Below are positions 40,028 to 54,048 of a stretch of 64,000 nt of DNA, piece after piece. The first letter of the stretch is position 1, and each line of letters starts with the position of its first letter. The DNA lies in contig OZ076409.1 in assembly GCA_964187785.1 (NCBI GenBank), positions 72,666,001 to 72,730,000 on the forward strand, in the 5' to 3' direction. The stretch is from Amphiscolops sp. MND2022. Lineage: Eukaryota. A program made the translations under genes and the position numbers. The notes under the pieces are model-generated. The model searched no databases. It saw nothing but the letters and a program-made list of their open reading frames with translations, and was not told the origin of the DNA.

Positions 40028-42005
40028 GTGGGCGGGGATTTCACCCCAAAAAAAACTAGAGCGGCGGGTAGGGTCCTGCCGCGAACTCCCAAAACAGCTA
40101 TCGCTTATAAGAAAAAGCACACCCTGAACAGCCGATTTTAAAATCTAACCGTACGATTCTTCTCATTTTTTGCATGCGGCCCTAATTTGCACATACGAGA
40201 CGAAGTTCCTGCTGACGTTAAGCCCTAAAAACATTATAAAAAAAGTTATGGCCAATTTTTGGTCCCCATTAGATGTAAAAATGATGAAATTTTTCATAAA
40301 AGGGCAAATATCTCAAAATGCAGTACTTTTTGGAAATTGACTGTGAAACAAGCTTGGAACCTTCATTTCGTGGCTGTGGCATTGCACTGAACACAAAAGA
40401 TGTAAAGTTTTTACATTTTTTGAAAATTTGAGAATTTTGAAATTTTTTTCACTACTTTCAGTACCATATATGTCAAAAACACCTCAGAAAATAATTTTTA
40501 TTTGCTTTAACTTGGAAACCTTGGTATCCATGGTTTCTGTCGGAACCTACTCGCAGCCAAACACCCAACAGTTTGCATCCAATGTTAAAATAAAATTTTT
40601 TTCTGGGTCATAAGCGTTTCACAAGGATTTCTCAACTTAGTATTAATTTACAAAATGGTCATTTTGAACACAAGATTTTCATCGAGGCTTGTCGGCTATA
40701 GCCTTAATGTTCTAGAACGGTCCCACTGGCAACGTAGGAACCATTTATAGTAATAGAAAGTTTTAAAAAAATATTTTCACCCGGTCTTCAGTCATTTTTC
40801 AGTCATTCGGAACTTAACTTAGAAAAATTTCGTCTCAAAAACCCATTTTTCGTCAGGTCGAAATTTGAAATTCAGCTTTTGAAGCACAAATATGCACTCT
40901 GACGTAACCAGTGGGGCCAATGATACTCAACAACACCATTGAGACTGGTATCAGTGGCTCCAATAACATATGAGCCGCGATAAGACGTTATTTTTAACAA
41001 AACTGTTCAAATGAAGTAAACATCTCGGAACCCTTGGATCACAGTGAATGTTGATTTGAACAAAAACTTACTCTTTTTTGTCAATCACTATGTACACCGA
41101 ATGCTTAGGGTGAGTTTCAGCACTACTATGAGGATTTTGAAGGAATCGGGTTGCTCAAGGCGTGGTATGAGACACTTTTGTCTCATATACTACTGCTTTT
41201 TTGAATAACTTTTCGCCCAATATCTCACAAAGCAAACCTAAAAAATACTTTCCGATACTTAATTCACTTCTTAGAATATAATTGAACATTGTGGTTGATC
41301 AGAAACTCTCAACTCTTATGTTTTTCAATAAATATTCCTTCGCATGTGTCCCATTTGTAGCATTAAAAAAAGCTGAAGCTAAAAAATACGCTATTTTGCT
41401 AAGATAGAATTACAAGTATTGTAACCAATATATCTTTAAATACTTCTAACGCCACCTTACGGACCCAAGATGATTGAAAATACTGTTCACAAGGATCACA
41501 TGTGCTCTTTCTGCGATCTAGGCTGCTCATTTTTTGCTTAGTTCACATGTAGCTGTTAACTGTATCTTGTGATAGCCTTTTAAGTTGGCCTTGTGTCAAC
41601 TTGTGAAGGCTATCACATCAAAAAACTATAAACAAAAGTACGTTTTGTTTACATGGTATAGCTTTCGATAGTTATTTTTGTGATTCTGTCCAACGTTGGT
41701 ACCTTCCATGATGTCAGCTAATGATAGCATTCAGTCTTCGATAAAAACCTATGAACTCCAAGCACATTTAGATATTTTTTGCTATAAAAAGTCATCAAAA
41801 AGATCGAAATTATTTAATATAGAGTCTTTAACGTTTTTATTTTTCGTTTTTCTACTGTTGTTAGGCCCATGAACATCTTACAGCCACGCTGTCTGTCATT
41901 AGTACAACGCCACATAGTGTTGCGACGTCCACCGTCCGTGGGCATGCCGAGGCATGCCCTTCGACGACGTATGCCAAATATACGCATTAGCGCGGTAGCA
42001 GCTAG
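40028..42005 (+). mobile_element. U17: diverged family A cassette, 1978 bp
   Basis: Variant 5' hairpins (GCGGCGGGTAGGGTCCTGCCGC); collinear A body. Confidence 0.8.
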
Positions 42006-42167
42006 GTGCGGGGGGGAAACCCCAACAAAATTTTTGGAGGATTCGGGTAGGGTCCTGAATCCGAGTTCAGTGCTGCCAGCTTTCGTGTGCGGGGGGGAAA
42101 CCCCAACAAAATTTTTGGAGGATTCGGGTAGGGTCCTGAATCCGAGTTCAGTGCTGCCAGCTTTCGT
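42006..42167 (+). repeat. Exact 81-bp tandem duplication of the cassette 5' end
   Basis: 42006-42086 equals 42087-42167; both begin GTGCGGGGGGGAAACCCC. Confidence 0.95.
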
Positions 42168-44080
42168 TAAGAAAATTTGGATAGGATTCGGGATCTCGTG
42201 ATCTAACCATAGGATTTTAAAGTTGGAGCGGCCCCCACCAGATTTTCCGAAAATTAGCGCCCCCCACCGGGTTCCATACCCCGGAAAATTTTTTTCTGGC
42301 CACACGGGCGACCGTTAGGGGGTCATTTTAGGGGTAAAATTCATATTGGGCCACATAACTTTTTTTCTGTTGATTTAAAACTTTGGGACCCTGCTAAAAG
42401 TTTCTTGGCCGTGTTGCAGGGGCCCCGGAGGTCCAAACCAAATTTTTCTATCTTGAAGCTATCTCCAAGTACCCCCCCGCCCAAAACGTTATTTTTCCGG
42501 AAACGCAGGTTTTTGACCCGGAAGGAGTCGTCGGAGCGCGGGGTCGTTAGGTGATGTATTGGGGACGGCCTTGAGACGAAGTGGGGGACATGCAGTTTGC
42601 CAACCCCAGTTTACCCCCCGGACGGGAAATGACCGTTATATGAGCGGGAAAAATGCCCCCTTCCACGTTTTACCGCTATTTTCGGTGTGAAGGAGTGGAA
42701 GTAGCGCGTCGGGTGCCATATATCAAAAGTAGGTTTAGACAAGGACCTATCGGAAACATGTGGTTTGGGACCCCCTGGACCAACCCGTTAGCGGGAAATG
42801 GGGCTTCCGCCTCCTTTTTTTACTGCTAAAACAGCAAAATGGGCATTGAGGGGTAAATATCTCGTGAACGCGTGGAGCAATCGTGTCCATCACTACTACA
42901 AGGTTTCATACCCATGATATGGTGCCTTCAGGGGGGCAAACAGATTTCCGCTATCTATCACCGTTACGGACTTGGCCCCCCAGCCTAACCGCTATGTGAC
43001 CGGAAATGTCACTTTTTGAGCCCAAAGGGTCGGTCCCAGCCAGGGAACGTTAGGTAACTTATTGTAGTACTCATTGAGACGAGTTGGGGGACATAGTTTC
43101 AGTCACCCCCCGTCACCCCTTGGGACCGGAAATGACCGTTATGTGAGTAAATTTGCCATTTTTGTCCAATTTGAAGGGCATTTAGACGCGGAAGGAGTGG
43201 TAACAGGTGCTTGGACACTATATGAGGTAAGGGAGGACGTGAGGCGAGCATTCGGACATAACCGTTATGTTGACCCTAAAGTCCCCCTGGTACCGTAAAC
43301 GACCGGAAATGGTCAAATTTTGTATTTTTAGGGTACAAATGTTTGGTATTTTATGGAATAAAGTACATGGAAGGTGTTTCAAAGGCATCCAGAAATGAAC
43401 ATAGTCATGAAACCTTGAGGGGTGTAACGGTATATAACACCGGAAGTCCAAGCCGTTGGACACAGTATAGGTTTTTGGGTTTTAAAATGCTTATGAACGT
43501 ACATTTGTGGGTTGAATTGTTCTAATATTGACTATTTTCGATATTTTTTGACATTAAAGGTTTTTCCAATAGTTTCAGGGACCTCCAAAGCTTCAATCAA
43601 CATAACCTTTACATTATGATAGCCTTTCAAGTTGGCCTGGTGTCAACTTGGAAGGGCTATCCTTCACAAATCGTATATCAAGTGTGTTTTTGAGTAGGTT
43701 TTTATCACTTTAGTATCAATTAGAGCTTAATCATTAGTTTGCCAACGACAAAAACCATGTCGTGATGATTCCGTTAGTAGAAGAATAGTTAACAACTTGT
43801 TGACAAAGTTGATTTTTTTTTGCATTTAAAATGCTTCCTAAATGCCAGGAAAACGATTTACGTTATAAATGGTACTGATTGACCCAAATAACAGTTAAAA
43901 AAAGTTAAACATTATTTTTTCGTTTCATTATTGAAGCTGAAACCTCACGTTTTAACTTAATTAACGTCAACGCCACATACTTTACATCAACGCCCACCGT
44001 CTGTGGGCATGCCGAGGCATGCCCTTCGACGACGTATACCAAAATCCAATATATCTACACCCACCCGCGGTAGCAGCTAG
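42006..44080 (+). mobile_element. U18: family B cassette, 2075 bp (1994 bp plus an 81-bp 5' duplication)
   Basis: U7-like 5' end present twice. Confidence 0.8.
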
Positions 44081-46871
44081 GTGGCGGGGGGCTGTCCCCA
44101 ATAGAATATAGTGAGGTAGGGTAGGGTTCCCTACCGAACATTCAGTACTGAAAGACTCTTGTAGTATGAAAATTTTTCGATGTTTTGAGACCGATTTCGG
44201 ATTCCACCCGTCAGAAGTTTATGATTTTTTGGCCCCCACCCAGATTTTGGGCACTGATCGCCCCCCACCAGGTTCCATACCCGTGGTTTCGTTGTGACGG
44301 GTACACGAGCGACCGTTAGGGGTCAATCAGGGGGTAAAATTTATAAAAGTGTGAATAACTTTTCCCCCCGTCGTTTTAGCAGGTCCGGTCACTAGTAAAG
44401 GTTTGTTGGGCATCATGCAGTGGGTACGGGGGGCCAAACAAAAAATTTCTATCTTGCACCGTTACGGACTTGGCCCCCCGCCCAAACCGCTATTTTACCG
44501 GAAATTGCACTTTTTGACCGGGAAGGAGTCGTCTGAGCGCGGAGTCATTTGGTAATGTTTTGTAGAGCATCTGGAGACGTGGTGGGGGACATGTAGTTTG
44601 CCGACCCCAGTTTACCCCTCGGACGGGAAATGACCGTTATGTGAGTTTCAAAAATGCCCCCCTCCAATTTTCCCCGCAATTTCCGGTGTGAAGGAGTCGG
44701 AATAGCGTGTCGAGTGCTATATATCAAAAGTAGCTTTAAACAAGGACCTATCAGAAACATGTGGTTTGGGACCCTTTGAACGGACCCGTTAGCCGGAAAT
44801 AGGGTGACCGCCTCCTTTTTTTGGTGGTAAAACCGTAAAACGGGCATTAAAGTGTAATTATCTCGTGAACGCGTGGAGCAATCGTGTCCATCACTCCTAC
44901 AAGGTTTCATACCCATGACATGGTGCCTTCAGGGGGGCAAACAGATCAGCGCTATCTATCACCGTTACGGACTTTGCCCCCCAGCCTAACCGCTATATTA
45001 CCGGAAATTGCCCTTTTTGACCAGGAAGGAGTCGTCTGAGAGTGGAGTCGTTAAGTAATGTTTTGTAGAGCATCTAGAGACGTGTTGGGGGACATGTAGT
45101 TTGCCGACCCCGGTTTACCCCTCGGACGGGAAATTACCGTTATGTGAGTTTTAAAATTGACCCCCTTCAACTTTCTCCGTTATTTCCGATGTGAAGGAGT
45201 GAGGGTAGCGCGTCGGGTGTCATATATCAAAAGTAGGTTAAGACAAGGACCAACCGGGAACATGTTGTTTGGGACCCTCTGGCCCAACCCGTTAGCCGTT
45301 ATAAGGGTGATCGCCTCCTTTTTTTACTGCTAAAACCGGAAAACGGGCATTGAGGGGTAAATATCTCGTGAACGCGTGGAGCAATCGTGTCCATCACTAC
45401 TACAAGGTTTCATACCCATGATACGGTGCCTTCAGGGGGGAAAACAGATTACCGCTATATATCACCGTTACGGACTTGGCCCCCCAGCCTAACCGCTATG
45501 TGACCGGAAATGTCATTTTTTGAGCCAAAAGGGTTGGTCCCAGCGTGGGAACGTCAGGTAACTTTATGTAGAACTCAATGAGACGAGTTGGGGGATATAG
45601 TTTCAGTCACCCCCCGTTGACCCGTTAGACCGGAAACGACCGTTATGTAGTGAAAAATGTAATTTTTATACTTTTTGAAGGCCATTTAGGGCAGGAAGTA
45701 TCGGTAATATGTCTTTGGACAGTATACAATGAAAGTTTTGGTGTGAAACAAGCAATCTGAAATAACCGTTATTATGATTCGGAAGTCACACTAACAGCGA
45801 AAATGACCGTTATGTAGTGAAAATTTTTTTTCACATTTTTTTTGCTTTCGATAGGTCCTTCAAGCCAAGAAGTAGCTGTATTAGGTCTTTGGTCACTTTA
45901 TGATGATTGTGGTGTTGTGAGATGACCGTACGAACTTGACCTTTATAATGCCCCTGAAGTTGGTGTGGCACGAGAAATTTCAGAAAGTTTGTCTTTTCTG
46001 TGTTTTGTTGGAATAAACATGTAATTTCATCAAACCAAAGTGCATTCAGGGTGTCAGAAAGCTTCAAGAAAAGAATTTGACAGGAAACATGAGGTGAGAA
46101 ATAGGAAAATGCCACGGAAATCCAACCCGTTGGGAAGTAAAGATAATAAATTGGTTTGGAAGTGCCAATCGACGTGTAATTGCGGATCATAGCTACGATA
46201 TTGTCTCTGTTGTTTCTTTTTGAAGACTTTGAACATTTTCACTTTATCAGCTTGAAGTTTCGACTCCATTAACTCAATAACCGTTACAATATGATAGCCC
46301 TCAAGTTGACCTTGTGTCAACTTGAAAGGGCTATCCTTTCACAACTGCGCAGCGACAGTGTGATTGAGTGTTTTTGTTATTATCCATAGCCAATTTGAAC
46401 TTCAACAAAAGTTTAACCATAGTTAAAAAATTTCATATGATTCTTTTAAAAGGATAAGTAAGAAACAAATGTTTGACAAAAAACTTTCAACCTTTAATTT
46501 GTGGACTGAATATCAGGAAAACCATGTCTCCTAACGTTGTTGGATGAAATTCAACATGATTCTTTTAATAGGATAACAAAGTTTGACAACATATTTTTTT
46601 ATATTCTTTCGTTGGTGCTCTACATTTTAGGAAAACGAATTTTCCAACAAATATTGTTGGCTGATGCCTGTTCATAGTGGCTTGAAAATTTCACCAACTG
46701 TAATGCTTTTTATCAAAGGTGAAACCGCTCCTTACCGTCGCATAATGTAATTCAAGCCGACGCCCACATGCCAACATCAACGCCCACCGTCCGTAGGCAT
46801 GCCGAGGCATGCCTTTCGACGACGTATGCCAAATCACGCCCCTGCGAGGTCACTAAAGCGGTAGCGGCTAG
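44081..46871 (+). mobile_element. U19: family B-long cassette, 2791 bp
   Basis: B-like body with an extra ~503-bp module, diverged 3' part, H1 hairpin at ~46293, variant core. Confidence 0.75.
44458..45650 (+). repeat. 503-bp internal tandem module, 2 copies plus a partial third
   Basis: ACCGTTACGGACTT anchor at 44458, 44961, 45464. Confidence 0.85.
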
Positions 46872-48841
46872 GTGCGGGGGGGTAACCCCAACAAATATAT
46901 TGGAGGATTCGGGTAGGGTCCTGAATCCGATTTTAACTCTAATAGCTATCGATAGGAAATCTTGCAAAAATTTCGGGATCTCGTGATCTAACCATAGGAT
47001 TTTAAAGTTGGAGCGGCCCCCACCAGATTTTCCGAAAATTAGCGCCCCCCACCGGGTTCCATACCCCGGAAAATTTTTTTCTGGCCACACGGGCGACCGT
47101 TAGGGGGTCATTTTAGGGATAAAATTCATATTGGGCCACATAACTATTTTCTGTTGATTTAAAACTTTGGAACCCTGCTAAAAGTTTCTTGACCGTGTTG
47201 CAGGGGCCCCGAAGGTCCAAACCAAATTTTTCTATCTTGAAGCTATCTCCAAGTACCCCCCCGCTCAAACCGTTATTTTTCCGGAAACGCAGGTTTTTGA
47301 CCCGGAAGGAGTCGTCTGAGCGCGGGGTCGTTAGGTGATGTATTGGGGACGGCCTTGAGACGAAGTGGGGGACAAGTAGTTTGCCAACCTCAATTTACCC
47401 CCCGGACGGGAAATGACCGTTATATGAGCGTGAAAAATGCCCCCCTCCACGTTTTACCGCTATTTCCGGTGTGAAGGAGTGGGAGTAGCGCGTCGGGTGT
47501 TATATAACAAAAGTAGGTTTAGACAAGGACCTATCGGAAACATGTAGTTTGGGACCCCCTGGACCAACCCGTTAGCGGGAAATGGGGCTTCCGCCTCCTT
47601 TTTTTAGTGCTAAAACCGTAAAATGGGCATTGAGGGGTAAATATCTCGTGAACGCGTGGAGCAATCGTGTCCATCACTACTACAAGGTTTCATACCCATG
47701 ATATGGTGCCTTCAGGGGGGCAAACAGATTTCCGCTATCTATCACCGTTACCGACTTGGCCCCCCAGCCTAACCGCTATGTGACCGGAAATGTCACTTTT
47801 TGAGCCCAAAGGGTCGGTCCCAGCCGGGGAACGTTAGGTAACTTATTGTAGTACTCAATGAGACGAGTTGGGGGATATAGTTTCAGTCACCCCCCGTTAC
47901 CCCTTGGGACCGGAAATGACCGTTATGTGGGTAAAATTGCAATTTTTATACTTTTTCAAGTGTATTTAGGTGCGGAAGGAGTGGTAATAGGTGCTTGGAC
48001 ACTATATGAGGCAAGGGAGGACTTGAGGCGAGCATTCGGAAATAACCGTTATGTTGACCCTAAAGTCCCCCTGGTACCGTAAACGACCGGAAATGGTCAA
48101 ATTTTGTGTCTATTGGGTACAAATGTTTTGTATTTTGTAGATAAAAGTATCTATTAGGTGTTTCGACGGTCTACAGTAGTGAACATAGTCATGAAACCTT
48201 GTGGGGGGTAACGGTATATAGCACCGGAAGTCAAACCGTTGGAGACAGGATAGGTTTTTTGGTTTTAAAATGTCTTTCGGCGTAATTTTTTTGACTCTTG
48301 TGGACTATTTTTAAAAATTAAAGTTTTTCCATATAGTTTCAGAGACTCCGAAACCTCAACCAACATAACCGTTACCTTATGATAGCCTTTCAAGTTGGCC
48401 TGGTGTCAACTTGGAAGCGCTATCCTTCTGAAATCGTTAATCAAGAGTGTTTTTGGGTAGGTATATATTGCATTAGTACCAATTAGAGCTTCATCAACAG
48501 TGTATCAACGACAAAAACTATGCCGTCATGATTCCGTTATTAGAATCATAGTGAGCAAATTGTTGAAAAAAATGGTTTTTACCATACAAAATGTGTCCTA
48601 AATGCCAGGAAACCTATTTACCTAACAAATGGTATTAATTGGAATGTATGTAACAGATTTATAAAAGTTCAAATTGAATATTACATTTCATTATGGAAGC
48701 TGAAACGTCATATTTTAGTTTAATTAACGTCAACGCCACACACTTTACATCAACGCACACCGTCTGTGGGCATGCCGAGGCATGCCCTTCGACGACGTAT
48801 GACAAATCCTTATCAAACGACGCCCGTACATCCCGGGCTAG
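46872..48841 (+). mobile_element. U20: family B cassette, 1970 bp
   Basis: Mosaic of U9-like and U7-like segments. Confidence 0.8.
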
Positions 48842-50835
48842 GTGCGGGGGGGTAACCCCAACTTTTTTCTTGGAGGAATCGGGTAGGGTCCTGATTCCGA
48901 GTTCAGTGCCGCCAGCTATCGTTAAAAACCCATACCTTTTAAACCCGATCTCGGGAACTAACCACGCCCCTTCTTTAATTTTTTGGCCCCCACTCACTTT
49001 TTGAGAGTAGATCGCCCCCCACTGGGTTCCAAGTTGGGCAAAAATGGAGGTCATGGGTAACGGGGACCGTTAAGGGGTAACTCAGGGGGTAAAATTTATT
49101 TTTTGCGTCATATCTTTTCCCCCCGTGGATTTAGCTCTTCCGGTCAGCAGACAAAACCTCATGTACGTGATACGGGGCCTCCGTAGGTCCAAACAAAATT
49201 TTTCTATCATGCACCGTTACGGACTTGCCCCCCCGGCCCAACCGTTATTTTGCCGGAAATTGCACTTTTTGACCGGGAAGGAGTCGTCTGAGCACGGAGT
49301 CGTTTGGTAATGTTTTGTAGTGCATCTGGAGACGTGTTGGGGGACATGTAGTTTGCCGGCCCCAGTTTACCCCCCGGACGGGAAATGACCGTTATGTGAG
49401 TTTTAAAATTACCCCCCTTCAATTTTCCCCGTTATTTCCGGTGTGAAGGAGTGGGAGTAGCGCGTCGGGTGCCATATATCAAAAGTAGGTTTAGACAAGG
49501 ACCAACCGGAAACATGTGGTTTGGGACCCCCTGACCCAACCCGTTAGCCGTTATAAGGGTGATCGCCTCCTTTTTTTACACTCAAAACCGGAAAACGGGT
49601 ATTGAGGGGTAAATATCTCGTGAACGCGTGGAGCAATCGTGTCCATCACTACTACAAGGTTTCATACCCATGATATGGTGCCTTCAGGGGGGCAAACAGA
49701 TTACCGCTATCTATCACCGTTACCGACTTGGCCCCCCAGCCCAACCGCTACGTGACCGGAAATTGCACTTTTTGAGCCCAAAGGGTCGATCCTAGCCGGG
49801 CAACGTTAGGTAACATATTGTAGTACTCATTGAGACGAGTTGGGGGATATAGTTTCAGTCACCCCCCGTTACCCCTTGAGACCGGAAATGACCGTTATGT
49901 GAGTAGAATTGCAATTTTTATACCTTTTGAAGGGCAATTAGGTGCGGAAGGAATGGTAATAGGTGCTTGGACACTATATGATGTAATGGAGGTCGTGACG
50001 AGAGCATTCGGAAATAACCGTTATGTTGACCCCAAAGTCCCCCTGTTACCGTTAACGACCGGAAATGGCCAAATTTTGTGTTCATGGGGTACAAATGTTT
50101 AGTATTTTATGGATAAAAGTACCTGGAAGATGTTTTAAAGGCCTCCAGAAGTGAACATAGTCATGAAACCTTGTGGGGGGTAACGGTATATAGCACCGTA
50201 AGTCCAAACCGTTGGTCACAGAATAGGTTTTTTGGTTTCAAAATGCCTTTAGGCGTAGTTTTGTGGGTTGAATCGTCATAATATCAACTAATACGGACTT
50301 TTTTGGGAAATAAAATTTTTTCACATTAGTTTCAGGGACCTACAATGCTTCAGTCAACATAACCGTAACATTTTGATAGCCTTTCAAGTTGACCTGGTGT
50401 CAACTTGGAAGGGCTATCCTTCTAAAATCGTTAATCAAGAGTGTTTTTGGATAGGTATATGTTGCATTAGTACCAATTACAGCTTCATCAACAGTTTGCC
50501 AACGGCAAAACAATGTCGTGATAATTCCGTTATAAGAATAAAAGTTAACAAATTGTTTACAAAGTTGATTTTTCCCATTCAAAATGTGTCCAAATGCCAC
50601 CAAATTGATTAAAATAATAAATGGTGATGACTAAAACTAACTAACATTGAAAAAGAAGCTCAACATTTTTAATAGGTCTCATTATGGAAGCTGAAACCTC
50701 ACATTTTAGTTCAATTAACGTCAACGCCACATACTTTACATCAACGCCCACCGTCTGTGGGCATGCCGAGGCATGCCCTTCGACGACGTATAACAAACAC
50801 CTTTAATATCTACACCCACCCGCGGTAGCAGCTAG
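48842..50835 (+). mobile_element. U21: family B cassette, 1994 bp
   Basis: Nearly identical to U14 except the terminal ~40 nt; last cassette with the 3' core. Confidence 0.8.
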
Positions 50836-51907
50836 GTGGAATTGGGTTATGACAAACTCATTTTTCGAGGTTGGGGTAGGGCCCACAACCGAGCCCTAAT
50901 TTCATTTGCTACTGTACCGAAACCCCCCCTGAAAAATCACGATCTTTTATATGAGCCCTACGATTTCGTTGAAACTTTGCATGAGGCAAGAAAAAAAAAT
51001 TCTAAGAATTTTTTCTTGCTGACACTTTTTCGAAAAAACGGTCCTTAATGGTTTTTTTGGCACTTTTTTGTTGAAATTTAGTGCATTTTGTGCATTATTC
51101 GTGAGTAACGTGAATAAAAATGAATGTGCTCAGAATTGGACCATATTATATGCGAATACTCAGCACAGTTATGCGATTTCATTTTCATGTCGCGGCACGT
51201 CGCTCCGACTCTCGAGAGTTAGTTATGACAGGATGAAAAAATACAAATGAGTGCCAAAAAAACGAGGTAGGAATTTTTTTTTTTAAATTATGTTTTCGAA
51301 CAAAAATGTGAATAATTTTTTTTCACATGACAAAAAAAAGTACGAAAAAAAGTACGAAAACAAGTACGAGAAAAAGTACAAAAAAAATTGGATAATTTTT
51401 TTTGAAAAAAAAAACAATTTTTTGGAATATTTTTTTCACCGTACAGGACCTAATTAGTACCGTAGAATTCATTTTATGCATTGCCCAGTTGCCCTTCTAT
51501 TGTTTTGTAGCGCTGACAACTTATTTGAGGTTTGTGTAGCAAAGTATGTTCAGCAAAGTTTAAAGGGAGGAACCATATAGTTTATTTTAAGTCAACTCTA
51601 TTATATTTCACACTGCTGTTAACCAAAATTAACTCTTGCGGTCGTCTCATGGTCCCGGAGTGGTCCATGAGACAGACGCAATGGCAAAACACAAAGGTCC
51701 AAGTGATGATTAGTCGTAGTGTCACATGTGATCCTGCATGTGACGGCTGTATATAGGTTGGAGCTGTTTTTCTTTTTCGAAACTTTCGCATTGGCAATAT
51801 GTCTTTTAATGTCTTAGTTGCGATGTTATTACCTTCATCGAGTACGTTCTCCTAACACTCTTAACCCAACTCGCTAGACTAATGGCAGTGGACGGACACG
51901 AGTCTAG
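50836..51907 (+). mobile_element. U22: family D cassette, 1072 bp (single copy)
   Basis: 5' GGTTGGGGTAGGGCCCACAACC hairpin, conserved 5' block, H4 hairpin 51638-51679, ends AGTCTAG; no core. Confidence 0.7.
51333..51380 (+). repeat. 12-bp minisatellite (AAAAAAAGTACG) x4
   Basis: Four slightly degenerate copies. Confidence 0.85.
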
Positions 51908-52977
51908 GTGGTCAAGGGGGATGCCCATCAGAAAATATTGCGAGGCCGGGGAGGGTCCCGAGAGCCGAGCACATTCTATCAATTCCTACCTTCAGGATTG
52001 CGAAGTATTTTAACCGATCTCGAAATTCACCCGTAGGATTTGTCTGAAACTTTGCATGTGGCTTTATCTCAAAAATTTAAGAATTTTTTTCTGCTGACGT
52101 TTTTCCAGAAAAATTCATTTTGAAGGGTTTTTTTGCGTTTTTTTGGTTTTTTTCATCTTTTTTCATCTTTGATTAATCAATGACCGAATCAAAGGCCATT
52201 TTCACCATGAAGGAAAGCCCGTAGCGGCAAAGTGCACTTTTATGAAAATCATCAACGGTCAACGGTCTTTCGAACGGTCCGAAAAAATTTCCCCCCGGGG
52301 GAAACCAAAGTGCCGAAAAGTGCCAAAATTAATTTTTTGACTGAATCACTTTGATCAAATTGATGATTTGAGCAGCCGGAACGGTCCGCACGGTCTCGGA
52401 CAATAAGGTCAAAAATTGTCAGCATCCAATGGGGGTTCCAAAAATGTAATTCGTTCACCTGTAGGAGACATCAGAAAAAAGTTGATTTTTTGGGGTATAT
52501 GTCATTATGAGTGATTGGATGAGAAATAATTGTATCACTTTCAGTTGGATATGATGCAGCACAGGAAGCAGCTGCAGCAAACTAGAAACTGGTTATGGGG
52601 CTGGGGTTTACCCTCTGTATCGAGCAAAATAGCCCTAGGGCATAAGTTGTGCCAAAAAATGCCTCAAACTGATGATTTGGTTATTGCAAATCGATCAGCA
52701 AAATTTATTGTCACCGGTGTTCCGAGAGTTGCGCAGCATCTCGCAGGAACAACGGTGCTTGTTTAGAAAGCAAAAAACCACAAAATCCCTTGAGTTAAGT
52801 TGACGGCAGTCACCATAGACATTCACTCGTCAGGGTGATGATATTTATCGTTCAATCCCAGAATAACTTACAAAAAATTGCTAGCCTCAATATTTCTTTT
52901 TCATACTCCATTAGCAAAGGTTGCGCTGTTAAGTTTAGGCCTTTTACTAGCAGTGCTCTAAATCGCTCCATCGCTAG
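51908..52977 (+). mobile_element. U23: family E cassette, 1070 bp
   Basis: Starts GTGGTCAAGGGGGATGCCC; H3 hairpin 52710-52757; ends CCATCGCTAG. Confidence 0.75.
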
Positions 52978-54048
52978 GTGGTCAAGGGGGATGCCCATCA
53001 GAAAATATTGCGAGGCCGGGGAGGGTCCCGAGAGCCGAGCACATTCTATCAATTCCTACCTTCAGGATTGCGAAGTATTTTAACCGATCTCGAAATTCAC
53101 CCGTAGGATTTGTCTGAAACTTTGCATGTGGCTTTATCTCAAAAATTTAAGAATTTTTTTCTGCTGACGTTTTTCCAGGAAAATTCATTTTGTAGGGTTT
53201 TTTTGCGTTTTTTTGGTTTTTTTCATCTTTTTTCATCTTTGATTAATCAATGACCGAATCAAAGGCCATTTTCACCATGAAGGAAAGCCCGTAGCGGCAA
53301 AGTGCACTTTTATGAAAATCATCAACGGTCAACGGTCTTTCGAACGGTCCGAAAAAATTTCCCCCCGGGGGAAACCAAAGTGCCGAAAAGTGCCAAAATT
53401 ATTTTTTTGACTGAATCACTTTGATCAAATTGATGATTTGAGCAGCCGGAACGGTCCGCACGGTCTCGGACAATAAGGTCAAAAATTGTCAGCATCCAAT
53501 GGGGGTTCCAAAAATGTAATTCGTTCACCTGTAGGAGACATCAGAAAAAAGTTGATTTTTTGGGGTATATGTCATTATGAGTGATTGGATGAGAAATCAT
53601 TGCATCACGTTGAGTTGCATTTGATGCAGCACACGAAGCAGCTGCAGCGAACTTGAAACTGCTTAGGGGGGTAGGGTTTACTATCTGTAACAAGCAAAAT
53701 ATCCCTTGGGCAAAAGGTATGCCAAAAAGTGCCTCAAAGTGCTAATTAAGTTGTTGCAAATCGGCTAGCAAAATTTATTGTCACCGGTGTTCCGAGAGTT
53801 GCGCAGCATCTCGCAGGAACAACGGTGCTTGTTTCGAACGCAAAACCCAACATACCTCTTTGGTGACGTGACGGAGGTCACCATTGGCCTTTTTCGGCAG
53901 TGTGATGATATTATTATTGTTGAATTGTGAACAACTTACACAAAAGATTTAGCGTGGGATATTTGTTTGTTTCATACTTCAGTAACAAACTTTCAACCGT
54001 TTCGTTTAGGCCTCTACCTAGCAGTGCTCTAAATCGCTCCATCGCTAG
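52978..54048 (+). mobile_element. U24: family E cassette, 1071 bp
   Basis: First ~620 bp almost identical to U23, then diverged; H3 hairpin 53780-53827. Confidence 0.75.

Noticed and set aside
492..50835. CRISPR array (palindromic conserved repeat followed by a ~40-nt variable segment)
   Set aside because: Repeats are 1.3-4.8 kb apart, variable segments recur and are related to one another, and there are no cas genes.
1..50835. Simple 2-kb satellite DNA or a collapsed-repeat artefact
   Set aside because: Units belong to unrelated families with precise shared boundaries and each copy has its own substitutions. Read-level validation is still advisable.
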